Counted from the stretch's first letter, positions 51,018 to 64,000 are shown. The stretch is DNA of 64,000 nucleotides from Cenococcum geophilum (GCA_050273025.1 CP158635.1:20088001-20152000); one strand, 5' to 3'. Numbers and translations are program-made. Notes: generated by a model from the sequence alone, not told the origin.

Positions 51018-54000
51018 TATTAGCGACTCAGTCAATCAAGACATAAGTACGGTAAAAGGGTCGCGCAAGCCTATATAATTGGATTGTCTATAAACGAGAA
51101 TCTAAAGCTAAAGAAAGGAAAGGAGAAGAAGGGGAGCGCCGCTCGAAGCTATATACGATCTTCGCGTCACGTGACCGCAATATGCGGCAATCTGTAGCAA
51201 CTTGGCGGTGCGTAGTTCTGCTAAGTTCTGCTAGTGCCGTAACATTACCCCCTCCTCCAAAAAAGCCTGCCCTTAGGCTTTGCCGCTAAAAGTCTTAGTA
51301 AGAGAATCTAACTAATTAGACAACTTTAACCGCCGGTCGAAGTTCCTGGATATCTTAACACCTTATATAACTAAGAAATTTCTGGGGTGTTTTTGTCCTT
51401 ATATTCTTCTAGTAGCTTATCGTCTTTATTATACTAGCATTCTATCCACTTATCTAGGTACTTTAGCGGTCCGGGTTTATTAGGGTAACGGCTATAGAAC
51501 TCCTAAAGCTTATAGGGGCTACCTATAAAGTTCTATATAGGGTACTAAGTGGGGTCTAGGTTATATCCTTTCCAACTAATATAATACTTTAACGTTCCCT
51601 TTACAAGTTTACAGGCCAGTATTTCTTTAATTTCCCATTTATTATCGTCGTTAACTTAAATTAGCAGGGGAGGTTTATTCTTTTATTTAGGCAGTAGATT
51701 ATTTACAGCTTTTTATAGCTTATCCGGTAAGAAGATAGGGTGGACTTTAATTAAGTCTAGGAGCTTAACCTTATACGAATTGCCTACTTTATTAAGAATC
51801 TTATACGGTCCTACTATCTTATAGTTTAGCTTATAGCTAGGCCGTTCTATCTTTTAGTTCTTTATCGTGACCTAGACTATATCGCCTACAGTAAAATCAG
51901 GTTTGCGCCTATGCTTATTTACCTACTATTCCATTAATTTCTAGGCCTTTTTTAGGTTCGTACAGGCTACTTTCTAGGCTTCTTCTAAGCGCTTAGCGTA
52001 CTGCTAGGCTTCCTTATAAGATAGTTTTTCGCGTATAGTCTAGGGCCCTTCTAGTCTTTCCTAGTTAAAGCTTATGCGGGGTAGGTAACCCATTTCTAGT
52101 TAAATAGGGGCAAATCCGGTAGAGTTATGGGGTAGGGTTGCTTAGGCGTAGTCTATTAAGGGTAACAGTTCGGCTTAATTATCCTAAAAATAGTTAATAA
52201 AAGGCCGGAGCCTCTAGTCTAAGTATTAATTTACAATCTTCGTTTAACCGTCTGTCTGGGGGTAATATGCCGTAAAAAGCTTTAGCTTAATACCTAGGAT
52301 CTAGGTAAACTTATTCTAAAAGGCTAATATAAACTACGGCCCGCGGTTAGATATAATAGTGTCTAGTAGTCTATAAATTTAGTAGACGTAGTAAATATAT
52401 AGTCGGGCTGCCTCTTTAGCATTAATATTTTTATAATAGGGAATTAAGAACGGGCGCTTGCCAAAGCGGTTAACTAGGATTATAACCATATTATATCCAT
52501 TACGGTCTAGAGGAAGCTTATAAAAGTCTATAGAGATATATTACTAGGGGCGGTTAGGTATTAGGAGGGGTTTTAATAGTCCTAGGGTCTTATTTTATGG
52601 GATTATAGACCTATAGTAGTTGTTACAGTTCTGTATATAGCGGTCGATATCTATAACTATTCTGGGCCAGTAGTAGCAGTCGCTAATAATCCTACGGGTT
52701 TTATTCTTTCTAGGGTAGGCCATAGAGACCTAGGTATATGCTTTAGCAATAAGCCAAGTCCGTAAGTTCTATTCCTTTACCACTACTAGCCGTTCCTAAT
52801 ACTTAAGTAATCCATTTTTAAGGGACCATAGGCTAGTAACGTTTTTTGCCTTTTTATAGTACTCTTGTAAAGAAGGGGCCGTATAGTTTATCTACAGCAA
52901 TTCGTTAATTAAGTTAAGTCCTAAAGGGTTAATAGGATACATCTCGGCGCCCAAGGAGTCTGTACTTAGTTCTGCCTATATCTAGGGGTTAAGGTACTCT
53001 AGTTATAGTAGCGTCTAGGTCCGTAATAAGATCTTCACAGCCATATAGTTACCTAGGTCTTATTTACGCCTAGTAAAAGCATCCGCACAGTTCGTAGCGC
53101 CTAGTCTATATATAATTAAGAAGTTAAACTAAGATAGGATATCCGCCTAGCGTGCCTGCCGGGCCGTAAGGGCCTTAGTTATTATAAAGTATTCTAGGGC
53201 CTTATAATTTAATACTACTTTAATAGGTTTAGGGGTCCCCTCTAGCTGGGCACGCCAGTGCTAAAAGCTAGAGATAATAGCCAGCATTTCTTTATTATAA
53301 ATATAGTAGTTCAGTTTAGCATCTATTATAGTCTTTAAATAGTATATAATAGGGTGCCATTCTCCGTCCGGTTGCTTCTGGGAAAAAACACTGGCTATTA
53401 CACTGTTTAAGGCATTAGTTTCTAGCATTAAGGGCCGTTCTAGGTTAAAGTAGGCAAGTAGGGGGGCCGACACTAGCCGTTTTTTAAGCTTATTAAAGGC
53501 CTGCATATATATGGCGTTAAAGTAAAAGGGCTAGTCTTTCCTAGTAAGGCAGTTAAGAGGCTAGGCAATCCTGCTATAGTTCTTAATAAAGTATTAGTAG
53601 AAGTTACAGAAACCTAAAAATAATTACACCCCCTTTACGGTCCGTAGGGGCGTCCACTAATTAATTGCGGTCGTTTTCTCTAGGTTAGCCTTAATTCCGT
53701 CTGTGCTGATAATAAAACCTAAGTACTTTATACGCTTAATACTAAATTCCAACTTCTTAATATTAGCCTAGAGGCCAGCTTCGTAGAGCCGTTATAGGAC
53801 TTTATAGACGTGCTCCTTATATTCTAGTTCGTTCTCTAAGTAAATTATAATATTATCTAGATAGCCCATATAGAAGTCGTTAAGGTAGTTAAAGAGTACA
53901 TTATTTATATACCGCTAGTACGTAGCTAGTCCGTTAGTTAGTCTAAAAGGAAGTACTTTATATTTATACGTCCCGTAATAGGTCCGGAATATAGTAAAAT

Positions 54001-57000
54001 CCTTAAACCTAGGGTTTATCCTAATTCAGTAAAAGGCCTAGCGGATATTAAGCTTTATAAAAACCTTAGCTCTACTTATTTAGGTAAGAGTTTTATTAAG
54101 TAAGGGTAGCGGGTAGCGGGTAGCGGTCCTTGCGGGTTATATTATTTAGCTTATAGTAGTTAATACAGAAGCGCAGTCCTCTATTTAGCTTTTTAATAAA
54201 AAGAATAGGTAAGTTAAAAGGGGCTTGGCTAGGCTCAATAAAGCCCTTATTTAGGTTATCAATAAGGTACTACTTTATGGCCTATAATTCAGCGATAGAC
54301 TATAGGTAGAGAGGGCTAAAGCTAAGGGTGCTTCCCTTGTCTTGCTCAATCTCGATCTTATAGTTATATAGTCAGTAGGGTAAAAGCATATTAGACGCTG
54401 CCTTAGAGAATACGTCCTTAAATTTCCGGTATTAATCAGGCAGTTTTTGCTCCACTAGTTCTTTATCCGTAAGCCCGCTTTCCTATCTACTAAGCTCGCT
54501 TTCCTTTTCCTTAATTATTTAGTTAATTTTGTATAGGCTAGTTATAAAGGTAACGGTATTAGGCTGGACTAGGTTCTAGTAGAATCCTACAGCGCTAATA
54601 CAGCAGATATTAACTAGTAGAAGGTCCATAGGTTTCTTTAGCGTTAGTTAGGCTGTGGTTTACAGTATAGGGTTTATAGTCTTCCTCAGCTTACGTTCTA
54701 TTTTCTATAAGTTATCCTTCCTATCTATTAGTTTAGTGTGGCGTCTAATATCCCTGACTTTCCTTTATAGCTTTATAGGGTTCTCTATAGAGAACTTAGC
54801 TAGGTTACTACCGACTTCCTAGGTCTTTAGTACGGGTGGCGTAATATAGGTAGTCTAAGGGCGGCGTAGTATACGGATCCGTTGCGGGTTAAGCTATACG
54901 TCCTTCTTAAAGGCCTAGTCTCTGCGCATAGCATCGGCCTAGTAAATGGTATTAATTTAGGGCCGTATGAGGTTTTCTATTATAATGCTGATTTCTTTTA
55001 TAAAGGAAGGGGTTAGGGGTAGAGTTTTAGGCTAGATAAGCCATCTACTCCGTACTTCGAGCTGCAAGCCTAAATAGGCTAGCTATTTTCTTCCTAAGAT
55101 TATATTATAGCTTCCTAAGTCCATAATAAGAAAGGGGATATTATACTACCTTCGTCCGTTAACACGGAGGTAGATCCGCAAGATAGTTGTAATAGGTGGC
55201 CCTATCCGTCCATTATAACCGCGAATAGGGATTAGTTTAGGCAGTTCTTTAAGGGGTGCATTTAAAAAGTCAGCTAGTTTTACAGCGTACTTTATATTAA
55301 TTAAGGTAAAGGTATTTACTCCTAAGTTAGCTAAAGCAGAGGTTAAAACTTAATATTTATTACGAAATAAAGTATAAGGGATAGTATAGCTTTTTCTACT
55401 AACTAGCCAACCCAGATTAATATATAATATATTAATCCCTTTTAACCTTAGAGAGGAGTCTTCCTCTAGGGTTCCTCTTTTTCTAGCTCTATACTATCCT
55501 CCTAAATTAACAGGACCTTATTTATCCTTACCTTTATTAGGCAGTTCCTTATAGGGTAGCCTATTTAACCACACAAAAAGCAAGCTCCTTAATCGCTAAG
55601 GGCCTATATACAGGGGTCGCTGTATATAGGCTAGGTATACACCAGGCCCATAGTAGGGGTAGCTACGCGGCTAGCTATTAGGTTAGCTATAGGAGTTGCC
55701 AATTATACTAGGGCACTACGGGCCGTACTTATAGTACTTATGGCCTAGTTTATAAGGTTTCTAGTTTTTAGCTAGTTAGCGCGTGCCTTAATTTAATAGA
55801 GGCCTTAATTAATAGCTAGGCAATAGTCCGTAAGTTCCTTTAACGTCTATGCTATAGTATAAGCTGGTAATACAGCCCGCTATAGGTCTAGGGTAAGCTT
55901 ATTAAAGAGGTCTAATAGTAGGTCTTCTTAGGGGATCTAGGCCTATCTAGCCAGGTATAGAAAGCGGGTTTAAAAGGCCAAAAAGGTCTCCATTATTTTT
56001 TATATTTAGGCTTTTATAGCTAAGGCGGGCGTTCTATACTTTAAAAGGGTCTTTATAAATAGAAGACAAGTATTTAATTATTTCTTCTTTAGAGATAAAG
56101 GGGTTTACTAAGTCTTTAGTGTATTACGGGCGTAAATACGTCTGGACGTCTTCGCCAGTACGGCCGAAGATGTAGGCCATTCTGGCTCGGGCGTTAGGGA
56201 AGTAGTCTATATTAACTTTAAGCTTGTCCTATAATTAAAGCTTCTAATTATTAAATATAGGGTCGGTTCTATCTGTAAGTAGTAGGGGGTCCGCGACCTT
56301 TACTGACCGCTTCGGTGCTATATAGGCCTTAATAGATCTACTAAGGCGCTAGAATAGGGCCTAAAGGACTATAGTAAGTCTTTAGTTGTCTAATAATGAC
56401 TTATTATTAGATATAGGGGTATCTCTAGCTTTAAACAGCTCTCACAATTGTTTAATTTCGGCATTAGCAGCCGCAAGCTCCGCCTAGGGGGTTGAAACGT
56501 TAATTATTTCTTTATCTGAAGTATTTAAGGGTTCTACAGCTGCTTTACCCGCTGCTATAGTTCGTGGCATAGTGGTAGGGGTATTAGGTAATTCCGGGTA
56601 ATTTCTTTAGGGGTTCTGGTCTGTGCGTGTCTTATAGGTCCTTTCCTTAGGGTTTTGTTCTTTTCTTTTAGATCCTGTCCTTGTGGTCCTAGTGATATCC
56701 TTAGGGTCCTATTCTATGTTCTTATAGATATATTTAAGTTCCTTCTTAGGAAGAAAGAGTAGAGTGAGCTTTAGATAATATTAGCGACTTAGTTAATCAA
56801 GATATAAGCACGGTAAAAGGGTCGCGCAAGCCTGTATAATTGGATTGTCTATAAACAAGAATCTAAAGCTAAAGAAAGGAAAGGAGAAGAAGGGGAGCGC
56901 CGCTCGAAGCTATATACGATCTTCGCGTCACGTGACCGCAATATGCGGCAATCTATAGCAACTTGCCGGTGCGTAGTTCTGCCAAGTTCTGCTAGTGCCG

Positions 57001-57005
57001 TAACA
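51018..57005 (-). mobile_element. Ty3/Gypsy chromovirus LTR retrotransposon, full length, RIP-degraded
   Basis: 227-bp LTRs (51018-51244, 56779-57005), TSD TTTAC, PPT rc ggaggagggggtaa. RT YKVLPFRLTNG, YLDNIIIY; RNase H ETNAL, NYYIYNKEMLAII; integrase; chromodomain WEIKEIL...WKGY at ~51500-51640. Confidence 0.96.
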
Positions 57006-57058
57006 TTTACTAATATTAGTGGCAATATAAGTATAAATAAGCTATAGCCAAAACGCCG

Positions 57059-57720
57059 GATATTAGAGCTTGTAGCGCAGCATTAGGTCTTAGCCCTTAG
57101 AGCAATCTAGATATTAAAACTCACAGCGTAGTATTGGATCTTAGCCCTTAGAGCAATCCAGATATTAAAGCTTATAGTATAGTATTAAATTTAAATCCTT
57201 AGGGTAGCCTAAGTGTTAAAGCTTATAGTGCACAAATAAGTCTTAACTTTTAGACAAGCTTAAGGTTTAATATTTATAATATAGCACTAAATCTCCAATT
57301 ACAAAAAATTCTAAAGTTTAATATCTATGGCGTAGTACTAGTTCCTAGGTAGTAGGAAATCCGGAAATTTAGAATTTATAATATAGTATTAGATCTCCAC
57401 TCCTAGAAAATCCTAAGGCTTAGAATTTAAGTTATAATACTAGATCTCCGCTCTTAGGAAGGTCTAAGGCTTAGGGTTTATAGGCTAATACTTAATCCCC
57501 ACTCTCTAAACCAGGTGCGGTTTAGAATTCGCGTACTAATTCTTAATCTCCGCTTTCTAAATTAGGTACGGCTTAGAATTTATAGTTTAATATTTAATCT
57601 CCACTTTCTAAACTAAGTGTAGCTTAAAACCTATAGCCTAGTGCTTAATCTCCGCCCTTAGTTTTAGATATAGCGTAGCTTTAGTAGGTTAGTATTTAAT
57701 ATTCCTTAGCATTCCGCACG
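57059..57720 (+). repeat. 51-bp (17-codon) tandem repeat, about 13 diverging units
   Basis: gatattagagcttgtagcgcagcattaggtcttagcccttagagcaatcta then gatattaaaactcacagcgtagtattggatcttagcccttagagcaatcca, and so on. Confidence 0.85.
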
Positions 57721-58329
57721 TTTATTAACTTAATTAAGACTTAGGCAGAGCTCTAATTAGTATTTAAATAGTCTATTAGATTCTTATTTAGAGAGATATT
57801 AAGGTTTATATCTAAAGCTTTTAAAACCTATAAAACCTCTATTATATTAACTATTTAGTTTAAGTATCTTATAATCCTCCTAACTAAATATTATTTATTC
57901 TTCTTAAGCTACTATACCTTAAGCCTCTTAGCTAATATTAGATCTACCTTATAGTAAGAAAAAAAACAAAAGAATATGTTTATACACTTTAAAAGTAAGA
58001 AATCCACTTATAACCCTTTTCCAGCACCTTAATTAAGCGGTAATTCTATATTAATATTACTTTGTAAATTAACCAGACGGCGCCTACTTACGTTAATTAG
58101 TAATAACTTAACTATAAAGGATTTGCGCATTACAAATAAGCATATATAAGGTAGCTAATATTTACTAAGGTAAGTTACTATAATAGTAATTATTTATTAG
58201 TACGCTAATTTAATAAAATCTATAACGTAAATATTTACTTTTAATTAACCTCCATACCTTTTACCTTATAGCATTATACTGTAAACTTTATTATTGTTGT
58301 TTTATCTGCTGTCCATTAGTATACTACTA

Positions 58330-59837
58330 TCCATAAAACCTTTTTTTTATACCCCTAAATACATCTAATAGCCATTTAGTTAAGAAACTTAATACGCGTA
58401 ATATTAACGATAAAATAATTAAGGACGCTTTTAAGGACGCTCTTTCTTTTACTAATTGTTTAGAATCTCTACTTAGAGGGTAAGCTTCTAATACTAAATT
58501 ATGCCTATAGCTAATATAAATTTAGGAAATATATACTAAAGCACTCTTTATTAGATTTAGTAGAGTACTATAATAAGGTTATTACGAAATCTACTAGAAA
58601 TCCACTTACCTCTTCACAGTCTATTTCTTTATCACCTACTACTTTTAAAAGGTTTAATACTTATTATACTTCTACTTCTCTTAAGAAGCAGGCTAATAGA
58701 ATTACTGCGTAAAATATTTAGTATAAGATAGCCTTTAAATCGTATATATTAACTATACTCTTTTAGTATCTTCTCTACTAATTTACCTCTTATAGTAGCC
58801 TAATAGAAATATTAGAGATTTTAGATAATAATAAAGAGAATAATTTTAATAACGCCGACTCTCCTAAAAGCCCTTCTTTATCCCTTTATAATCTCCGCAG
58901 CCCTTATAAGCTCTATAGTATATAAATAGCCTAAGCTATAGTATTGGATATTAATATAAATAAGCGCCTTTCTATTTAAGTGCCGTTAGTAAATAAATAG
59001 TATACCCTAAAAGCTAGGGCTTGGGAGAATATAAAGGAAACTTACTAATAGATATATACCTACGTCTAGAATATTAAGGATAGCTTTAGTATACTGCGCG
59101 ATTTATTATACGCTCTATATATAAAGCAAGACTATAAATATCGCGTTTATAAGCAGAACTCTAGGCTATATTTTAGAGGTACGTGCTTAAGATATCGCTT
59201 AAATAGTAGGTTATGTAAAAAGGCATATACTAATAGTATACTAATATTTTATTAGCTAACACGTATATAGGATAGTTTATTAAGACTAGAGCTAGTTATA
59301 CATTAGTATAAAAAACATACGTAATTAGCTTCTGTTAGTAATCTAGCTAGAACGCCTACTAAAAAGATATAATATCCGTATAGCTTTATACCCGCATTAT
59401 CCCCCCTTTAGAGGCCTCCCCTTCCCCTAAAACTCTTATTTATAGCGATATACGCAGCTATAGGGGCACCCATTTTACCGCTACTTTTTTTTAAAACTTT
59501 TTTACTAATTCCTAGTACGCCTAGTACTATATCTAGTACTACTACCACTTTTATTAATATGGAAAATATTAGGGTATATTTAGCAATTGCTATTTCTATA
59601 CGCGTTAATATAGTCTATAAATAGGTAATTAAGATAGTAAAAAACGTTCGGGCTATAGATCGCCAGTTAAGTAAGCTTAAATATTCTCTAAGTAAGATAA
59701 AAGATAAGCTTACGTTTATAAGGTATAGTATTATAGCACTTATATACAACGCCAGGTTACTAAATATAGAGTTTAAGTAAATACTGGTTAGCTATTACTG
59801 CGGGTTAACTATTATTACGGGTTTAAAGTAATAAAAT
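58330..59837 (+). pseudogene. Degenerate, probably spliced ORF(s) of unknown function, cut by the second gypsy
   Basis: Intron-like gtaagc..gctaat..ttag at ~58480-58525; acidic stretch at ~58800-58860; coiled-coil-like VRAIDRQLSKLKYSLSKIKDKLTFI..YNARL near 59650-59760. Confidence 0.35.
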
Positions 59838-62800
59838 TGTTACGGCGCTAGTAGAAACTAGTAGATATTGGTAGATTGTGGCGGATAATCGCAGACAGTT
59901 TTAAACAGTTTTAAATAGTTGCTATTATATAACTAGAGGATTATATATAACGTTAAGTGGCGCCGCCCTCTATCTTCTTTCCTTTTTCTAGCTTTAAATC
60001 CTTGTTTATAGACTACTAATTATATAGGCTTATGCGTCCCTCTTACCATACTCGTACCTTAATTAACTAAGTCACTAATATTATCTAAAGCTTATCTACT
60101 CTTCTTCCTAAGAAGGAACTTAAATATATTTGTAGGACTATAAATAAGAATAAAATATAGAAATAGACCTAAAGACTATTACTAGAACTTAAAGAATAGA
60201 AAAGAACAATAAGACCTATAGAATACGCATAAACTAGAACCTCTATAGAATCCTACTAGAAGTTACCCTAATAACTATACTACTATGCTAAGAAATATAG
60301 CGGTTAGCAAAGCAGCCATAGAACCCTTAAATAACTTTAACGGTAAAATAGCAACTAACTTAAACTCTTAGGTAGAGTTTATAGCGGCTAATACCAAAAT
60401 TAAATAACTTTAAGAGCTGCTTAAAGCTAGAGAACCCCATATACCTAATAAAGAGTTATTTGATACCTAGAGACTTACTATAGTCCTTAAAACCCTAGCC
60501 TAACGTATAGTATTAGTATTATTGCGGTCCGTAAAGGTTATAAACCCCCTATTAATTATAGACGGAACTAACCCTATATTTAATAATTAGAAGCTTTAAT
60601 TATAAAACAAGCTCAAAGTTAATACGGACTACTTCCCTACCACTTAGGCTAAAATGGTCTACGTCTTTAGCCGTACTAGTAAGGACGTATAGACGTACCT
60701 ACGTCCGTAATACGTATAGGACTTAATAGATCCCTTCTTCTCTAGAAAAGAGATAATTATCTACCTATCTTCTATCTATAAGGACCCCTTTAAAGTATAA
60801 AACGCCTAACTTAATTATAAAAGCCTAAATATAAAAATAATAGAGATCTTCTTAGCCTTTTAGACCCGCTTTCTATACCTAGCTAGCTAGGCTTAAATTC
60901 CCTAGACCTATGGCGGGCCGTACTACCAGTTTTTACTACTATATAAACGCTAAAGAAACTTACGGACTAATGCTTAGTTATTAACTAAGGCCTCCGCTAA
61001 ATTAAGGCATGCGCTAAATAGTATAAAGCTAAAAACCCTTTAAATCAAACTATAAGCAATATAAGAACAGCCCATAATGCCCTAGCACGATTAATAACCC
61101 CTATATTACCACCCGTATAGCCCGCCGCTAATTTAATAGCTAGCTATACGGCTAGTCCTACTATAGGTCTAGCGAATGCTTGGCCTATATATAGTAACCC
61201 CTATATATAGGCCCTTAGTAATTAAGGAGCTTGCTTCTCTTATAGTTAGAAAGGCTACTATATAAAAGATTGCCTAATAAACGCAAAAGCGGATAAGATC
61301 CTATTAATCTAAAAAAAATAGTATAAAGTTGGAAAAAGAGGAGCCCTAAAGGAAGACTCCTCTTTAGGGTTAAAAGGGATTAATATATTATATATTAATC
61401 TGGGTCAGCTAATTAGTGGAAGAAGTTACACTCTCCCTTATACTTTATTCCGTAATAGATATTAAGTTTTAACCTCTACTTTAGCTAACTCTAAAGTAAA
61501 TATCTTTGCCTTAATAGATACCTAGTATACCGTAAAGCTAGCCAACCTTTTAAATATACCTATTAAAGAACTGCCTAAACCAATTTCTATTTATAGGTAT
61601 AATGGGCGGATAGGGCCACCTATTATAACTATTTTATAAATTTACCTCTGTGTTAATAGATAAAGGTAGTATAATATCCCCTTCCTTATTACAGACCTAG
61701 GAAGCTATAATATAATCTTAGAAAGAAAATAGCTAGCCTATTTAGGCTTATAGCTTAATATATAGAGAAGGCAGCTTATCTAGCCTAAAACCCTACCCTT
61801 AACCACTTCTTTATAAAAGAAATTACTATTATAATAGAAAACCTTATACGGCCCTAGATTAATACTATTTACTAGGTAGATATTATACGTAGAGACTAGG
61901 CCTTTAAAAAAGATATATAGCTTAACCCGCAATAGATCTGTATACTACGCCGCCCCTAAACTAGCTATATTATATTACCTATATTAAAGACCTAGGAAGC
62001 TAATAATAACCTAGCTAAGTTAACTATGGAGGACTTAGGCCCTACGTAGCTATAAAGGAAAGCTAGGAATATTAGACGCTATACTAAACTAAAAGATAGG
62101 AAAGATAACTTATAGAAAATAGAACGTAAGCTAAAGAAGACTATAAACCCTATACCGCAAAATATAACCCAATAAATATCAGTAAAGAAACCGGTAAACC
62201 TCCTACTAGTTAATATCTACTATATTAGTGCCGTGGGATTCCATTAGAACTTAGTTTAGCTTAATACCATCGCCTTTATAACTAGCTTATATAAAATTAA
62301 TTAAATAATTAAAGAAAAAGAAAGTAAGCTTAGCGGATAAGAAAGCGAGCTTATAAATAAGGAACTAGTAAAACAAAAGCTGCCCTATTAATTAACTATA
62401 AGATTAAGATTAAGCAGGGTAAGGAAAACACCCTTAGCTTTAGCCCCCTCTATAAGTAGTCTATTGCTAAATTATAGGCTATAAAGCAGTATCTTATTAA
62501 TAACCTAAATAAGGGCTTTATTAAGCCTAGCCAAGCCCCTTTTACCTCGCCTATTCTCTTTATTAAAAAGCTAAATAAAGGACTTCGCTTTTATATTAAC
62601 TATTATAAGCTAAATAATATAACCCGTAAGGACCGCTATCCGCTACCCCTACTTAATAAAACTCTAGCCTAAATAAGTAAAGCTAAGATCTTTATAAAGC
62701 TTAATATCCGCTAGGCCTTTTACTAAATTAGGATAAATCCTAGGTCTAAAAATCTTACTATACTTTAGACCTATTACGGAATATATAAATATAAGGTACT

Positions 62801-64000
62801 CCCTTTTAGACTAACTAATAGACTAGCTATATACTAGCGGTATATAAATAATATACTCTTTAACTACCTTAACTATACGACCTATTTAGATAATATTATA
62901 ATCTACTTTAAAAACGAGCTAGAATATAAGGAGTACGTTTATAAAGTCCTATAACAGCTCTATAAGGCTACTCTAGGTTAATATTAAGAAGTTAGAGTTT
63001 AGTATTAAGCGTATAAAGTACCTAGGTTTTATTATTAGTATAAACGGAATTAAAGCCAACCTAGAGAAAATAGCCGTAATTAACTAGTAGGCACCCCCAC
63101 GGACTATAAAGGGGGTATAATTATTTTTAGGTTTTTATAACTTCTATTAACGCTTTATTAAGAACTATAGTAGGATCGCCTGGCCTCTTAACTATCTTAC
63201 TAGAAAAGACTAGCCCTTTTACTTTAACGCTATATATAGGCAGGCCTTTAATAAGCTTAAAAACGGCTAGTATCGGCTCCCCTACTTGCCTATTTTAACC
63301 TAAAACAGCCCTTAATGCTAGAAACTAATACCTTAAATAGCATAATAGCTAATATTTTTTCCTAAAAGCAACTAGATAGAGAATGGCACCCTATTATATA
63401 CTATTTAAAGACTATAATAGATGCCAAGCTAAACTACTTATAAGAGTATATATATTAGATCCCGCCGCGCTTGTGAATAAGTTCGCAAGCACTCTATATC
63501 TTTTTGGCCGTATAGCGACGTAGAGGCGGGATACGTTACACTACCACATCTATAATAAAGAAATGCTAGCTATTATCTCTAGCTTTTAGCACTAGCATAT
63601 ATAGCTAGAGGGGACCCCCAAGCTAATTAAGGTAGTTTTAGATTATAAGGCCCTAGAATACTTTATAATAACTAAGGCCCTTATAGCCCGGCAGGCACGC
63701 TAGGCGGATATTCTATCTTAGTTTAACTTTTTAATTATATATAGACTAGGCGCTATAAACTACGCAAACGCTCTTATAAGGCGCGAATAAGACCTAAATA
63801 ACTAGATGGCTATAAAGATGTTATTACGGACCTAGGCGCTACTATAACTAGAACACCTTAACTCCTAAATATAGGCAGAACTAAGCACGGACTCCTTAGG
63901 CGCCAAAATATATCCTATTAACTCCTCTAAACTTAACCTTATTAATAAACTACTATAGGCCAACTAAATGACCCCCTCTTTATAAGAGTACCGTAAAAAG
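59838..64000 (+). mobile_element. Second Ty3/Gypsy copy related to 51018-57005, more degraded, runs off right edge
   Basis: 5' LTR tgttacggcgctag...gtcactaata (59838-60080) similar to the rc of the other LTR. Gag, protease, RT and RNase H are collinear with copy 1, with small deletions. Confidence 0.93.
63439..63540. mobile_element. Short solo-LTR-like insert (102 bp) in RNase H of gypsy copy 2
   Basis: Absent from copy 1; ends t(a)taag...ttaca (TG..CA after RIP); flanked by ctact/ctacc; internal IR atcccgcc/ggcgggat. Confidence 0.7.

Larger units (their letters stand above)
26756..59837 (+). mobile_element. Putative large DNA element carrying a RecQ-type helicase; host of several nested insertions; right end not seen
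   Basis: Begins tagtgatgtaagcggatattgcggatat (RIP of CAGTGATGCAAGCGG). After excising the TSD-bounded inserts, segments 26756-27335, 42181-42561, 48127-51017 and 57011-59837 join into RIP-ed coding sequence. Confidence 0.5.

Overview
Eukaryotic DNA from a filamentous ascomycete (Pezizomycotina; a TE-rich Dothideomycete is plausible but is inference). A GC-balanced gene island (~14.15-26.0 kb) holds four intact spliced genes: a class III GH18 chitinase, a large Pro/Ser/Gln-rich conserved protein, ATP17, and NDUFS4/nuo-21. The last two are divergent, 251 bp apart. AT/TpA-rich blocks mutated by RIP flank the island, so their genes are invisible in the ORF track and had to be read through the RIP stops. 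The left block is the right-hand >11.8 kb of a large multi-gene Plavaka-type DNA element (SNF2-family ATPase, Plavaka transposase, DUF6532-like gene, subterminal arrays), apparently inserted into a hAT transposase. The right block has two nested MITEs, then an element starting with a CAGTG-like end that encodes a RecQ-type helicase. That helicase region is interrupted by a Copia (itself holding a LINE, which holds an ORF1-only poly(A) retroelement, which holds a hAT MITE), by a second LINE and by a chromovirus. A second chromovirus copy runs off the right edge. Most insertions are delimited by readable TSDs. Protein family calls rest on motif recognition by eye, not on database searches.
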